Part shown: piece after piece, positions 19,772 to 28,233 of the stretch
Numbering within the stretch: the first letter of the stretch is position 1
How the letters are laid out: every line of letters begins with the position of its first letter
NCBI GenBank assembly: GCA_018675335.1
Contig: JABGYH010000006.1
Location: forward strand, 17,464 to 81,463
DNA: 64,000 nt
From: Candidatus Woesearchaeota archaeon
GTDB lineage: Archaea; Nanobdellota; Nanobdellia; Woesearchaeales; UBA11576
Direction: 5' to 3'
The notes under the pieces: model-generated
Seen by the model: only the letters and a program-made list of their open reading frames with translations
Told to the model about the DNA's origin: nothing
Database searches by the model: none
Program-made: the position numbers and the translations under genes

Positions 19772-19804
19772 TTTTACCTCTTTTTTTAAAAAAAAACTCA
19801 ATAA

Positions 19805-20530
19805 TTAAATGCCTCGAATTAAAACTTCATCAAAAAACTCTTTTATTGAATTTGACATTGATTCTAATTCTTCAGGAGTATAAGGACAACTTTTTTTGTA
19901 TTCTTCATTTAAAACTTTTGCATCAAAATTAAATTGTTGCAACACATATCGTTTAGATCCAGATAACCATTCACCAATCTTAATAATATCTTCTTTATTT
20001 ATGAACTCTTTAACAACTGTTGTTCTAAATTCATATGGTAGATTACTTTGACGTATTATTTCAACACTTTCAATAATTGCATCTTTTCGAAGTGTTGTAT
20101 TTACTACCAATTCATATTTTTCAATTGGTGCTTTAATATCCATTGCGATAAAATCAATCAATCTTGAGTCTATCAAGTCTTTTAACATTTCAGGATTAGT
20201 TCCATTAGTATCTAATTTTACTAAAAGCCCTAAATTCTTAATTTTTCGAATAAGCGCAGGTAATTGAGGGTATAATGTTGGCTCTCCACCAGTTATACAA
20301 ACTCCATCAACATATTTTTTGTGTTTTTCCATAATTTCCAAAAAGTCTTCTTCAGTTAAATCTGCGGCATTTGAAACTAACTCAGGCAATACTAGTTCAG
20401 GATTATGACAATAATGGCACCTAAAATTGCACCCCCCCAAAAATATTGTTGAAACAAGCTTTCCAGGGTAATCGATTAATGAAGTTTTTTGAATTCCTTT
20501 TATCATTTTTTTATCACAAAATATATTCAA
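19805..20530 (-). CDS. nrdG: Anaerobic ribonucleoside-triphosphate reductase activating protein (radical SAM)
   Basis: 'GGCNFRCHYCHNPE' CxxxCxxC radical-SAM motif. NrdG-like length. Adjacent to nrdD. Confidence 0.85.
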   Translation of the reverse strand: MNIFCDKKMIKGIQKTSLIDYPGKLVSTIFLGGCNFRCHYCHNPELVLPELVSNAADLTEEDFLEIMEKHKKYVDGVCITGGEPTLYPQLPALIRKIKNLGLLVKLDTNGTNPEMLKDLIDSRLIDFIAMDIKAPIEKYELVVNTTLRKDAIIESVEIIRQSNLPYEFRTTVVKEFINKEDIIKIGEWLSGSKRYVLQQFNFDAKVLNEEYKKSCPYTPEELESMSNSIKEFFDEVLIRGI

Positions 20531-20772
20531 AGTAGATTTGTTTTTATGTATTTCGGGTCTGTGATTTATATTTCAACAACAAACCACCCAAATCAATAAT
20601 TAAAACCACACTACAAAATAATAACGCAAACAATTTATACAAACCAAGCATATCCAAATACTAAGAATATACCTAAATCAAATAACACCCATCAAAAATA
20701 AATAAAATATAAAAAAAATAGAAAGAAAATATAAAAAAAGTTAATAGAAAAAAATTTTAAATTATTTCAAAT

Positions 20773-20985
20773 TTATTGTGTCGTAATCAAATTTGCTCTT
20801 TCGAATTGTGTTGCAGGCAAACCACGATTTCCATGTTTACTACAAACACTGCAACTCTCATCAAATTCAACACGTGCTTTAAATTCTTCTTTTTTACCCA
20901 CATTCCAATTAGCAATAGGTCTATGATATCCAACTACTCTACTGTACACTTCACATCTTCTGCCACACTTAGCCATTTTATTCAC
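20773..20985 (-). CDS. Stand-alone glycyl-radical domain peptide of class III RNR, encoded separately from the NrdD catalytic subunit
   Basis: 'KCGRRCEVYSRVVGYHRPIANWNVGKKEEFKARVEF' matches the NrdD C-terminal motif CxxC...RV(C/V)GY..RP...WN.GK..E...R. Own RBS 'AGAGGTGAATAAA ATG' before the second Met (probable start at 20976). Separated from nrdD by 190 bp of non-coding sequence. Confidence 0.6.
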   Translation of the reverse strand: MNKMAKCGRRCEVYSRVVGYHRPIANWNVGKKEEFKARVEFDESCSVCSKHGNRGLPATQFERANLITTQ

Positions 20986-21176
20986 CTCTTTTTTTTCAAC
21001 TAAACTCTTTTTTTTATCTCTGTAATTTGTCTCACATGATATATTAAATATATATCAAAAATCATTTAAAAAGTTAACTGCTTTGAAATATAACATCAAA
21101 CCAATTAAAAAATAATTAAAAAATTTTTCCGTCGATGACAACTAATAATTGTAAATAGTTATTACTTTAAAGCAGT

Positions 21177-23231
21177 CTATTCTGGACCATGTTCATTAAC
21201 AAAATTAACTCCTGCACTTTCAACACTTATTGGTGCTTGTTCCACAACTTCCGAAGCTTCACTTTCTTGCATTTCATAAGGGCAAGTTTCATGTTTGCCA
21301 GGAATATATCCATGATCAGGACATACACTAAATGTAGGAGTTATCGTAAAGTATGGCAACCTAAAATTATACGCAATTCTTTTTACTAATTGTTTACAAG
21401 TTTCCGCATCACTAACTCGCTCGCCCAGGAATGCATGAAAAACAGTTCCCCCAGTATACGCGGCTTGCAAATCATCTTGCATTTCTAATGCTTCAAAAAT
21501 ATCTCGCGTATAATCTACAGGCAATTGAGTTGAATTAGTATAATATGGTGTATCTTCTCCAGCACTAAGAATATCTGGAAATCGCTTCTTATCTGCTTTT
21601 GCCAATCTATAACTGGTACCTTCTGCAGGAGTTGCTTCTAAATTGTATAAATTTCCGGTTTCTTCTTGAAATTCAGATAATTTTGACTTCATAAAATGAA
21701 TTATTTCTTTAGCCATAATTACTCCTTCTTTACTAGCAATATTTTTACCAATAAAGTTTAACAAAGATTCATTCATCCCATTAAGACCAATTGTTGCAAA
21801 GTGATTATTAAACGTGCCTAAATATCTTTTAGTGAATGGAAATAAACCTTTATCCAAACTACTTGAAACTACTTTTCTTTTAATTTCTAAAGATTCCTTT
21901 GCCAGTTCCATAAGTCGCGCAAGTCTTTCAAAATAATCTTCTTTTGAACTTGCAAGATAACCTACTCGAGCAAGATTCATAGTAACAACGCCAATACTCC
22001 CAGTCATTTCTGCAGCACCAAAAAGTCCACCACCTTTATTTCTCAAATCTCTCAGATCCATTTGTAATCTACAACACATACTGCGCACATCACCAGGATT
22101 TAATTCAGAATTAATAAAGTTTTGAAAATAAGGAATCCCATACTTTGCAGTCATTTCAAAAAGAAGAGTTGCATTTTCACTATCCCAATCAAAATCTTCA
22201 GTTATGTTATATGTTGGAATTGGAAATGTAAATATTCTCCCACTAGCATCCCCTTCAATCATACACTCCATAAATGCTTTGTTAATCAAATCCATTTCTT
22301 TTTGGCAATCACCAAAAGTAAAATCTGCTTCTTTTCCACCAATAATTGCAGGATTATTTTTTAAGTCAGGAGGACAAACCCAATCAAGTGTTAAATTAAT
22401 AAATGGAGTTTGTGTTCCCCATCTGCTAGGTGTTGCAATATTAAATAAGAATCTCTGCATTTGTTGTTTAACTTGTTTATAAGTTAAGTTATCAACTTTA
22501 ATAAATGGTGCAAGATATGTATCAAACGAAGAAAATGCTTGTGCACCCGCCCACTCATTTTGTAACGTACCTAAGAAATTTACCATCTGACCAATAATTG
22601 TATCAAAATGTTTTGGAGGAACTGTTTGCAATTTTCCCGCAACACCACCAAATCCTTCTGCAATTAATTGTCTTAAACTCCAACCAGCACAATATCCACT
22701 AAACATGGATAAGTCATGAATATGAAAATCACCCTCAATATGTGAGTCTCGAATTTCTTTTGGATAAATATGATTCAACCAATAATTTGCAGTTATTTTT
22801 CCTGAAATATTAAGAATAAGGCCGCCAATCGAATATCCAACATTAGCATTTTCATTTACTCTCCAATCACTTCGACTCAAATATTCATTCATTGTTTCTT
22901 CAACATTAATCAAAACTTCACTATCTTCACGAGATAATCTTCGTTTTTCTCTGTACAAAATAAATGACTTTGAAACATCCGCATGACCTTCTTCAATTAG
23001 AACTTTTTCAATTAAATCTTGAATATTTTCAACTGTCGGCAGGGACCCACCTTTAAAAAAAATATTAAGAATCGCAGTAACTCTTTTTGTTAAAGCTTTT
23101 GCTAAATCATAATTATCTAGATTATTAGCCTTCATAGATTTAAAAATAGCACCAGTTATCTTTTCCTCATCAAATAGAACTAATTCACCATCTCTTTTTC
23201 TTACTCGTCGAATTTCTTTTAGATAATCCAT
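21177..23231 (-). CDS. nrdD: Anaerobic ribonucleoside-triphosphate reductase catalytic subunit (class III), C-terminally truncated relative to canonical NrdD: lacks the glycyl-radical motif
   Basis: N-terminal ATP-cone ('VRKRDGELVLFDEEKITGAIFKSM'). Long NrdD core. C-terminus has half a Zn-ribbon 'CPDHGY...CPY' then an acidic tail, with no RVxGY motif. Confidence 0.9.
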   Translation of the reverse strand: MDYLKEIRRVRKRDGELVLFDEEKITGAIFKSMKANNLDNYDLAKALTKRVTAILNIFFKGGSLPTVENIQDLIEKVLIEEGHADVSKSFILYREKRRLSREDSEVLINVEETMNEYLSRSDWRVNENANVGYSIGGLILNISGKITANYWLNHIYPKEIRDSHIEGDFHIHDLSMFSGYCAGWSLRQLIAEGFGGVAGKLQTVPPKHFDTIIGQMVNFLGTLQNEWAGAQAFSSFDTYLAPFIKVDNLTYKQVKQQMQRFLFNIATPSRWGTQTPFINLTLDWVCPPDLKNNPAIIGGKEADFTFGDCQKEMDLINKAFMECMIEGDASGRIFTFPIPTYNITEDFDWDSENATLLFEMTAKYGIPYFQNFINSELNPGDVRSMCCRLQMDLRDLRNKGGGLFGAAEMTGSIGVVTMNLARVGYLASSKEDYFERLARLMELAKESLEIKRKVVSSSLDKGLFPFTKRYLGTFNNHFATIGLNGMNESLLNFIGKNIASKEGVIMAKEIIHFMKSKLSEFQEETGNLYNLEATPAEGTSYRLAKADKKRFPDILSAGEDTPYYTNSTQLPVDYTRDIFEALEMQDDLQAAYTGGTVFHAFLGERVSDAETCKQLVKRIAYNFRLPYFTITPTFSVCPDHGYIPGKHETCPYEMQESEASEVVEQAPISVESAGVNFVNEHGPE

Positions 23232-23320
23232 ACTAACAAACCTCTTTTCATCACCTTAATTAATTTTAAATCTTTGAGCACTTAAAACTTGAGCTCAATT
23301 AACAAAAACTCGCCTTAAAT

Positions 23321-23761
23321 TCAAGAGAGTTTATTCAATTCCTTCTCAAAATCATCAATATTTGCAAACTCAAGATAAATTGATGCAAATCGCATATATC
23401 CAACTTTATCAATTTTCTTTAGTCGCTTTAAAACTGCTCGCCCGATGATTTTTGAAGCAATTTCATTCGCATCTTTTTTACGTATCTCAGATTCAATCTC
23501 CAAAGCAGCCTTTTCCAAAACTTCTGTTGAAACAGATCTTTTTTCACAAGCTGTTTGAAATCCTTTGAGTACTTTGTTGCGATCAAACTCTTCGCGAGTT
23601 CCGTCACGTTTTATTACCATTAATGTTGCAAGTTCTGCCCGTTCATAACTCGTAAATCGTCTTTCACATTTAAGACACTCCCGTCTTCTTCGAGTGTAGT
23701 CTTCATTATCTCTTTTATCAACAACTTTTGTATCTGATTGATTACAATACGGACATAACAT
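23321..23761 (-). CDS. nrdR: Transcriptional repressor NrdR (Zn-ribbon plus ATP-cone)
   Basis: 'MLCPYCNQSDTKVVDKRDNEDYTRRRRECLKCERRFTSYE' is the canonical NrdR N-terminal Zn-ribbon. An ATP-cone follows. Confidence 0.85.
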   Translation of the reverse strand: MLCPYCNQSDTKVVDKRDNEDYTRRRRECLKCERRFTSYERAELATLMVIKRDGTREEFDRNKVLKGFQTACEKRSVSTEVLEKAALEIESEIRKKDANEIASKIIGRAVLKRLKKIDKVGYMRFASIYLEFANIDDFEKELNKLS

Positions 23762-23873
23762 AATTTTTTACCAACATATTTTTTACACAAAAAAAGCTCA
23801 CAAAAATCAGCTAATTTTGAATAATTTTTAATTCTCAGCCCGCCTTAACCACTTTTATGGAAAAGACTTAAAC

Positions 23874-23921
23874 ACACAACATCTTGTGATGCCATTTTGA
23901 AGTAAACACAACATCTTGTGC
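23874..23921 (-). promoter_or_regulatory. Tandem NrdR-box-like palindromes (two 16-mers, 32 bp apart) upstream of nrdR
   Basis: 'ACACAACATCTTGTGA' at 23874-23889 and 'ACACAACATCTTGTGC' at 23906-23921. CACAA/TTGTG arms fit the ACAC...GTGT NrdR-box arms. Spacing is 32 bp, about 3 helical turns. Confidence 0.5.
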
Positions 23922-24295
23922 ATTAACCAAATAAGTAAAAATGATGATATTTAAACTTTTTTGTTTTTTAACAATAAAATTTTGTCATATATTTTAGAAA
24001 GAATATACTAGAGAAAGACACCATTTTACAATAGTTCAAAACAAAAAAAGGGCAAAATTCACTAAAAAAACCCTAAAATAAACAGAACAATAAAATAAAA
24101 TGGTAAAAGAACTTTTTAACCAAAAAAGGAGCGTAAAACAATCTTAAAAATGAATTTAATCAACCAATTTACTTATAAAAAAATACAAATAGAAACACAA
24201 AAAAAACACACACAAAAACACAAAAAAAATAAAATAAAATAAAATAACCACAACAGAAAAATATCAAAAATAAAACGCAAATTTAAACTTAGTAC

Positions 24296-24601
24296 TTATT
24301 TTAAATTTTTAGAAGTATTCAACTTATCTTTTTTTTGAATTTGTTGAATTTTATAAACTAAATCATTAAGCTCTGCAACTAATTTATCAGAATCAACCCC
24401 ATGCATTTCAGCTCCTTGTTCAAGAGTTTCAAATGCAGCACCCGCACAACCAACACAATGAAGACCATGTTCAAAAAAAACATTAATAGTTTCAGGAAAT
24501 TTGGAAATAATTTCACCAATAGTCATAGTTTTAGTTATTGCAGAATCAGATTTATTAGAATTTGTCAACTTATCTTGTTTAGATGTGTTATCATCACTCA
24601 T
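24296..24601 (-). CDS. DUF1858-type redox disulfide protein (hybrid-cluster-protein-associated domain)
   Basis: 'MTIGEIISKFPETINVFFEHGLHCVGCAGAAFETLEQGAEMHGVD' matches the DUF1858 CxGC pattern. Confidence 0.5.
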   Translation of the reverse strand: MSDDNTSKQDKLTNSNKSDSAITKTMTIGEIISKFPETINVFFEHGLHCVGCAGAAFETLEQGAEMHGVDSDKLVAELNDLVYKIQQIQKKDKLNTSKNLK

Positions 24602-24789
24602 TTTTCTTCTATTTTAATACATTGAGCACTACATTGTGCTTCACAAGCTCGACAACCAATACACTCTTTTGGTTTAACAACTTTGCTTTTATTATTTTCC
24701 ATAACAAATACGTCCATCGGACAAACATCTATACAAGTTTTACATCCAACGCATTTGGATTCATCTACAATAGGAATTGGTTGAGTCAT
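24598..24789 (-). CDS. 2x[4Fe-4S] ferredoxin
   Basis: 'CVGCKTCIDVCP' and 'CIGCRACEAQC' cluster motifs. 63 aa. Stop overlaps the downstream DUF1858 start by 4 nt. Confidence 0.75.
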   Translation of the reverse strand: MTQPIPIVDESKCVGCKTCIDVCPMDVFVMENNKSKVVKPKECIGCRACEAQCSAQCIKIEEK

Positions 24790-24834
24790 TTAATATACCT
24801 CCAGAATAAAAAAATAATATTTTGAAAAAAAAGT

Positions 24835-25695
24835 CTATTCCTCTTTTTTTTCAGGTTCAGCTTCTACGGAAACATCAGTTGTTGTTTCTGCACTAACTTC
24901 TTTAACTTCAGGAACTGCTTTAGCTTCAGTTGTTTCTTTAGCTTCAGGACTTGCTTTAGCTTCAGTTGCTTCTTTAGCTTCAGGAACTGCCTTAGGTTCT
25001 GAAACTACTTTAGTTTCAGGAGCAACTGCAGGCCTAACTGGTTTTGGCTTTGCAGGTTTTTTAGAGATAATTTTTGTTAATTTTTCTGCAAGATCTTTAG
25101 CTTTTTTAGGATCGTCTTTTAATCTAGCCATAACTCTAATTTCAGTCATTCGAATAGGATGTGTTTTTTTAAGCGTATTTCTTAATGCTTTTTGAAACTT
25201 AGTACTAACTAAATCCATAACTAATGTTCTATAGTCGAGTGTTCGTACTAAAGCAAGCACGCTTGCAACAGCCATTTTTCTTAATGCTGTTTTAACTTGA
25301 GAAGTTGTTTTTGAATTTGTAATCAGTAATGGTTTAATTCTAATAAGAACGTCATCTTTTGTTAAACAAATAAATGAAATTTCTAATTTATCTTTTTGCC
25401 TTCTTACTTTTCGTTTAATCGCAGCAGAAGTTACTTCAAACTTTTTTACTTGAGTATATGCAGTTTCACCTTTAACTTGATCAACTTCGAATACAACATT
25501 AGTATTCTGTTTTTGCATATTACCCGTTAATGTCATCAAACTGGTTTTTAAAGTTTTACCAATAATTAAACTAGGATCATTAGTTGGCGTTTCCCCAAGT
25601 AAGTACTCGTTGAACTCCTTAGAAGCTAATACTTTAAACCACTTCTTCTTTTTCCATTTATCGACTGTTTTTGTAACCTTTTTGCCTTTTGCCAT
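24835..25695 (-). CDS. rps3ae: Ribosomal protein S3Ae (eS1) with ~80 aa Lys/Ala/Glu/Pro-rich C-terminal extension
   Basis: 'MAKGKKVTKTVDKWKKKKWFKVLASKEFN' is the S3Ae N-terminus. Tail has 'PEAKEATEAKASPEAKETTEAKAVPEVKE' repeats. Confidence 0.8.
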   Translation of the reverse strand: MAKGKKVTKTVDKWKKKKWFKVLASKEFNEYLLGETPTNDPSLIIGKTLKTSLMTLTGNMQKQNTNVVFEVDQVKGETAYTQVKKFEVTSAAIKRKVRRQKDKLEISFICLTKDDVLIRIKPLLITNSKTTSQVKTALRKMAVASVLALVRTLDYRTLVMDLVSTKFQKALRNTLKKTHPIRMTEIRVMARLKDDPKKAKDLAEKLTKIISKKPAKPKPVRPAVAPETKVVSEPKAVPEAKEATEAKASPEAKETTEAKAVPEVKEVSAETTTDVSVEAEPEKKEE

Positions 25696-25826
25696 TTGAA
25701 TTGACCGAATTATCTATTTATTTATAAGGTTTTTGGAGAAGATGGGGGTATTTAAAGTTTATTGTTAAGACCCAAAAAACAACCCAAATTAGAACCATAA
25801 ACTCGAAAAATCAACTAAAAACACAA

Positions 25827-26408
25827 TCAAGTCAAACGAAGACTCGCAGAAACTCCAAATGGTTTTAGTTTAACAGAACATATTTTATCATCATATTGTT
25901 GATTAAGTTCACTTAATTCTCGCTCAAATTTAGCCTGAACTCGACCATATGCCCTATTCTTAATAATTGAATTACTTATTCTTTGTACGGGTTTTATCAA
26001 CAACTCAAAAGCAATTCCTCCCAAACCTAAATTAACTGCAACATTCGCTGAGTACTCCAAATTAGAACTTACCACATAGCTCACAACACCCCCAACAAGC
26101 GCAGTTAACCCTCCAGCAACAATCAAACCACCAATTCTAGTTAAATTACCATAATTTGATTGCGCCCCATTAACAGAATCACCATATTCAGACTTAGTCT
26201 TCATCATCAACCCAACATATGAACGAATATAATCCCCAAAAACTGCACGCAATGGGCTTTTTTGAAGATCCATACGATTTAACATATCATCAACCTGTTC
26301 ACTAAAAGAATATTCAGACCTAGACACAATATCATCCAAAGAAACTGCTTGTTTACGAAATAACGACTGATGAACTTGTCTCCTCGCAGCACTTAACGTT
26401 TTCTCCAT
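25827..26408 (-). CDS. Hypothetical protein with Gly-rich membrane segments
   Basis: 'GGLIVAGGLTALVGGVVSYVVS' and 'LGLGGIAFELLIKP'. Start uncertain; probably 'MEKTLSAARRQ'. Confidence 0.3.
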   Translation of the reverse strand: MEKTLSAARRQVHQSLFRKQAVSLDDIVSRSEYSFSEQVDDMLNRMDLQKSPLRAVFGDYIRSYVGLMMKTKSEYGDSVNGAQSNYGNLTRIGGLIVAGGLTALVGGVVSYVVSSNLEYSANVAVNLGLGGIAFELLIKPVQRISNSIIKNRAYGRVQAKFERELSELNQQYDDKICSVKLKPFGVSASLRLT

Positions 26409-26899
26409 AAAATAAGTATCCAGCAAGTAATTTATAAATATAATTATACTCCAGTAAAGACAATAACATCCAAAAAACAAAAAAATTAACCCATTTAAAA
26501 TTAAAATTTTTCATTAAAATCACGCAATATTATAAACAAACATTTTTAAACATCAAAATCAATAAAGAACCTGGGTGGAAAAATGGTTAGACCTAATCTA
26601 GAATGGGAACGGTATAGATATAGGCTACCAAAATCTGGCGCAGAAGTTGAAATTATTCGCGAAATAGTAATGAACGATGACGACTTGAATTTTATGGATT
26701 TATCTCGCAAAAATTAAAAAATAATTAAACTTCGATAACTACGACAAAAATTTACAGCAAAATTTAAGCAATTCTAACCACTTTTGGTAACAAATATAGC
26801 GTTAGCCTTAAAAAAAATAAATTCTAACCCCTTTTAACGCAAATTCCATTAAAATAGTTTAAAATCTAGTTCTACTAACTAACTATTGGGGCAAAGAAT

Positions 26900-28153
26900 A
26901 TGAATTTTATAGATAAAGCAACTCTATTAGATGGAATCAAACAAGAATTTGGATTAGTACCAGCAATAGATGAATCAATAACTGAATTTGAGAAAAGAGT
27001 ATCAGAAACAGTTTCTAAAAAACAAGATCCACTAGAACACATAGTATTAAAATCATTAAAAAGCGCAGGAGTAGTAGCCAATAGAAACACAACACATGAA
27101 GTTCAAGATTTATTATACAAATATTTAGGAATACATTCAGGACCATTAGATGCTTTTGAAACAAAACACATGCCTGACGCATTAAACATGGGTGGATTTA
27201 CAACCGAACAAGAGGATGGAAGTGCAATAATTGTTACACGAGAATTACCAGATAATTCATTCGCAATAGAAGTTAGTAGCACAATCGGACTAGCTTACGT
27301 ACTGCGAGATACTCTTCCAGAAATTTCTTTTGATCCACTCCAATCGGGAATCGGAAAAGCAATTATTTCTGCAGATTTAAGTTTTTCAGATGATCCTCTC
27401 GAAGCTAGATTAAAAAATTATTATTGCATGATTATCGACGAGCTATTCAAAAATAGTGATTTCATAATGTTCCACGAAGGAATACATGCAATTCATCTTA
27501 ACAATCATAACTACGGTCGTAGAAAAAAAACAAAAAATAAAAAACCAACCAATCCCGAATCAAAATTAAAAAGATTAGCATTAAGTTATAGATTGCCAAT
27601 AATTGGTTCAATAACCAGAGCTAAAAGATTTAATTTTACAGTAGAAACCGAAGCATTCGCATACAAAGTAGGACTAGATGTTTTTGTTACAGAAATATTA
27701 AAAACTGCCACTCAAAATCTAAAAGAAAAATTTGGAATTGAAATTCACCCCGGAGAATTAGATACTGTTGAAAAATTATTAAAACAATATAATAGTAAAT
27801 TCACTAAAGCAATTATTCGAGAAGGATACCTAAATACATTTAGAGGGTATGGTTTTGCACACAAAAATTATGGAAGTGCCTTGCTCAATGGAATGTATGG
27901 CGGAATACTTTTAGGAACTGGAGTTTTACCTCTGCAAATAGTAGGAGGATTAATGCTCATAAAAGGCGCAAATCAAACTTCCAAAATTCCTTTTGCAGCT
28001 TATTTTGAAAGAAAAATTGAAAAGTTCGTCGACACACTAGATAGATTATCAGAAGAATATGGTGGAGCCAATAAAGCATTTTATGAAACATTAGGAATGA
28101 ATTATAGCGAAATAAAAAAACTAGAAAAAACAATTCGATCATCCAAAGTTTAA
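26900..28153 (+). CDS. Hypothetical protein with HExxH motif (possible zincin-like metallopeptidase)
   Basis: 'IMFHEGIHAIH' contains HEGIH. 417 aa, otherwise unassigned. Confidence 0.3.
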   Translation: MNFIDKATLLDGIKQEFGLVPAIDESITEFEKRVSETVSKKQDPLEHIVLKSLKSAGVVANRNTTHEVQDLLYKYLGIHSGPLDAFETKHMPDALNMGGFTTEQEDGSAIIVTRELPDNSFAIEVSSTIGLAYVLRDTLPEISFDPLQSGIGKAIISADLSFSDDPLEARLKNYYCMIIDELFKNSDFIMFHEGIHAIHLNNHNYGRRKKTKNKKPTNPESKLKRLALSYRLPIIGSITRAKRFNFTVETEAFAYKVGLDVFVTEILKTATQNLKEKFGIEIHPGELDTVEKLLKQYNSKFTKAIIREGYLNTFRGYGFAHKNYGSALLNGMYGGILLGTGVLPLQIVGGLMLIKGANQTSKIPFAAYFERKIEKFVDTLDRLSEEYGGANKAFYETLGMNYSEIKKLEKTIRSSKV

Positions 28154-28233
28154 AACAAAACGTGAAAATAGTAAAAACAACAAAAAATAAAACAAAAGAA
28201 ATAAAAAAAAATAAATTAATAAAAAAATAAATT

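Noticed and set aside
21189-22482. ORFs of 66-92 aa on the + strand inside nrdD (21189-21389, 22122-22364, 22204-22482)
   Set aside because: They are antisense to a well-supported conserved CDS. Their composition is hydrophobic and low-complexity, as expected by chance in AT-rich DNA.
23935-23950. ATGATGA (C-box-like) sequence at about 23941 that could mark a C/D box sRNA
   Set aside because: No D box (CTGA) or C'/D' elements lie within the expected 50-70 nt. An isolated heptamer is expected by chance in AT-rich DNA.
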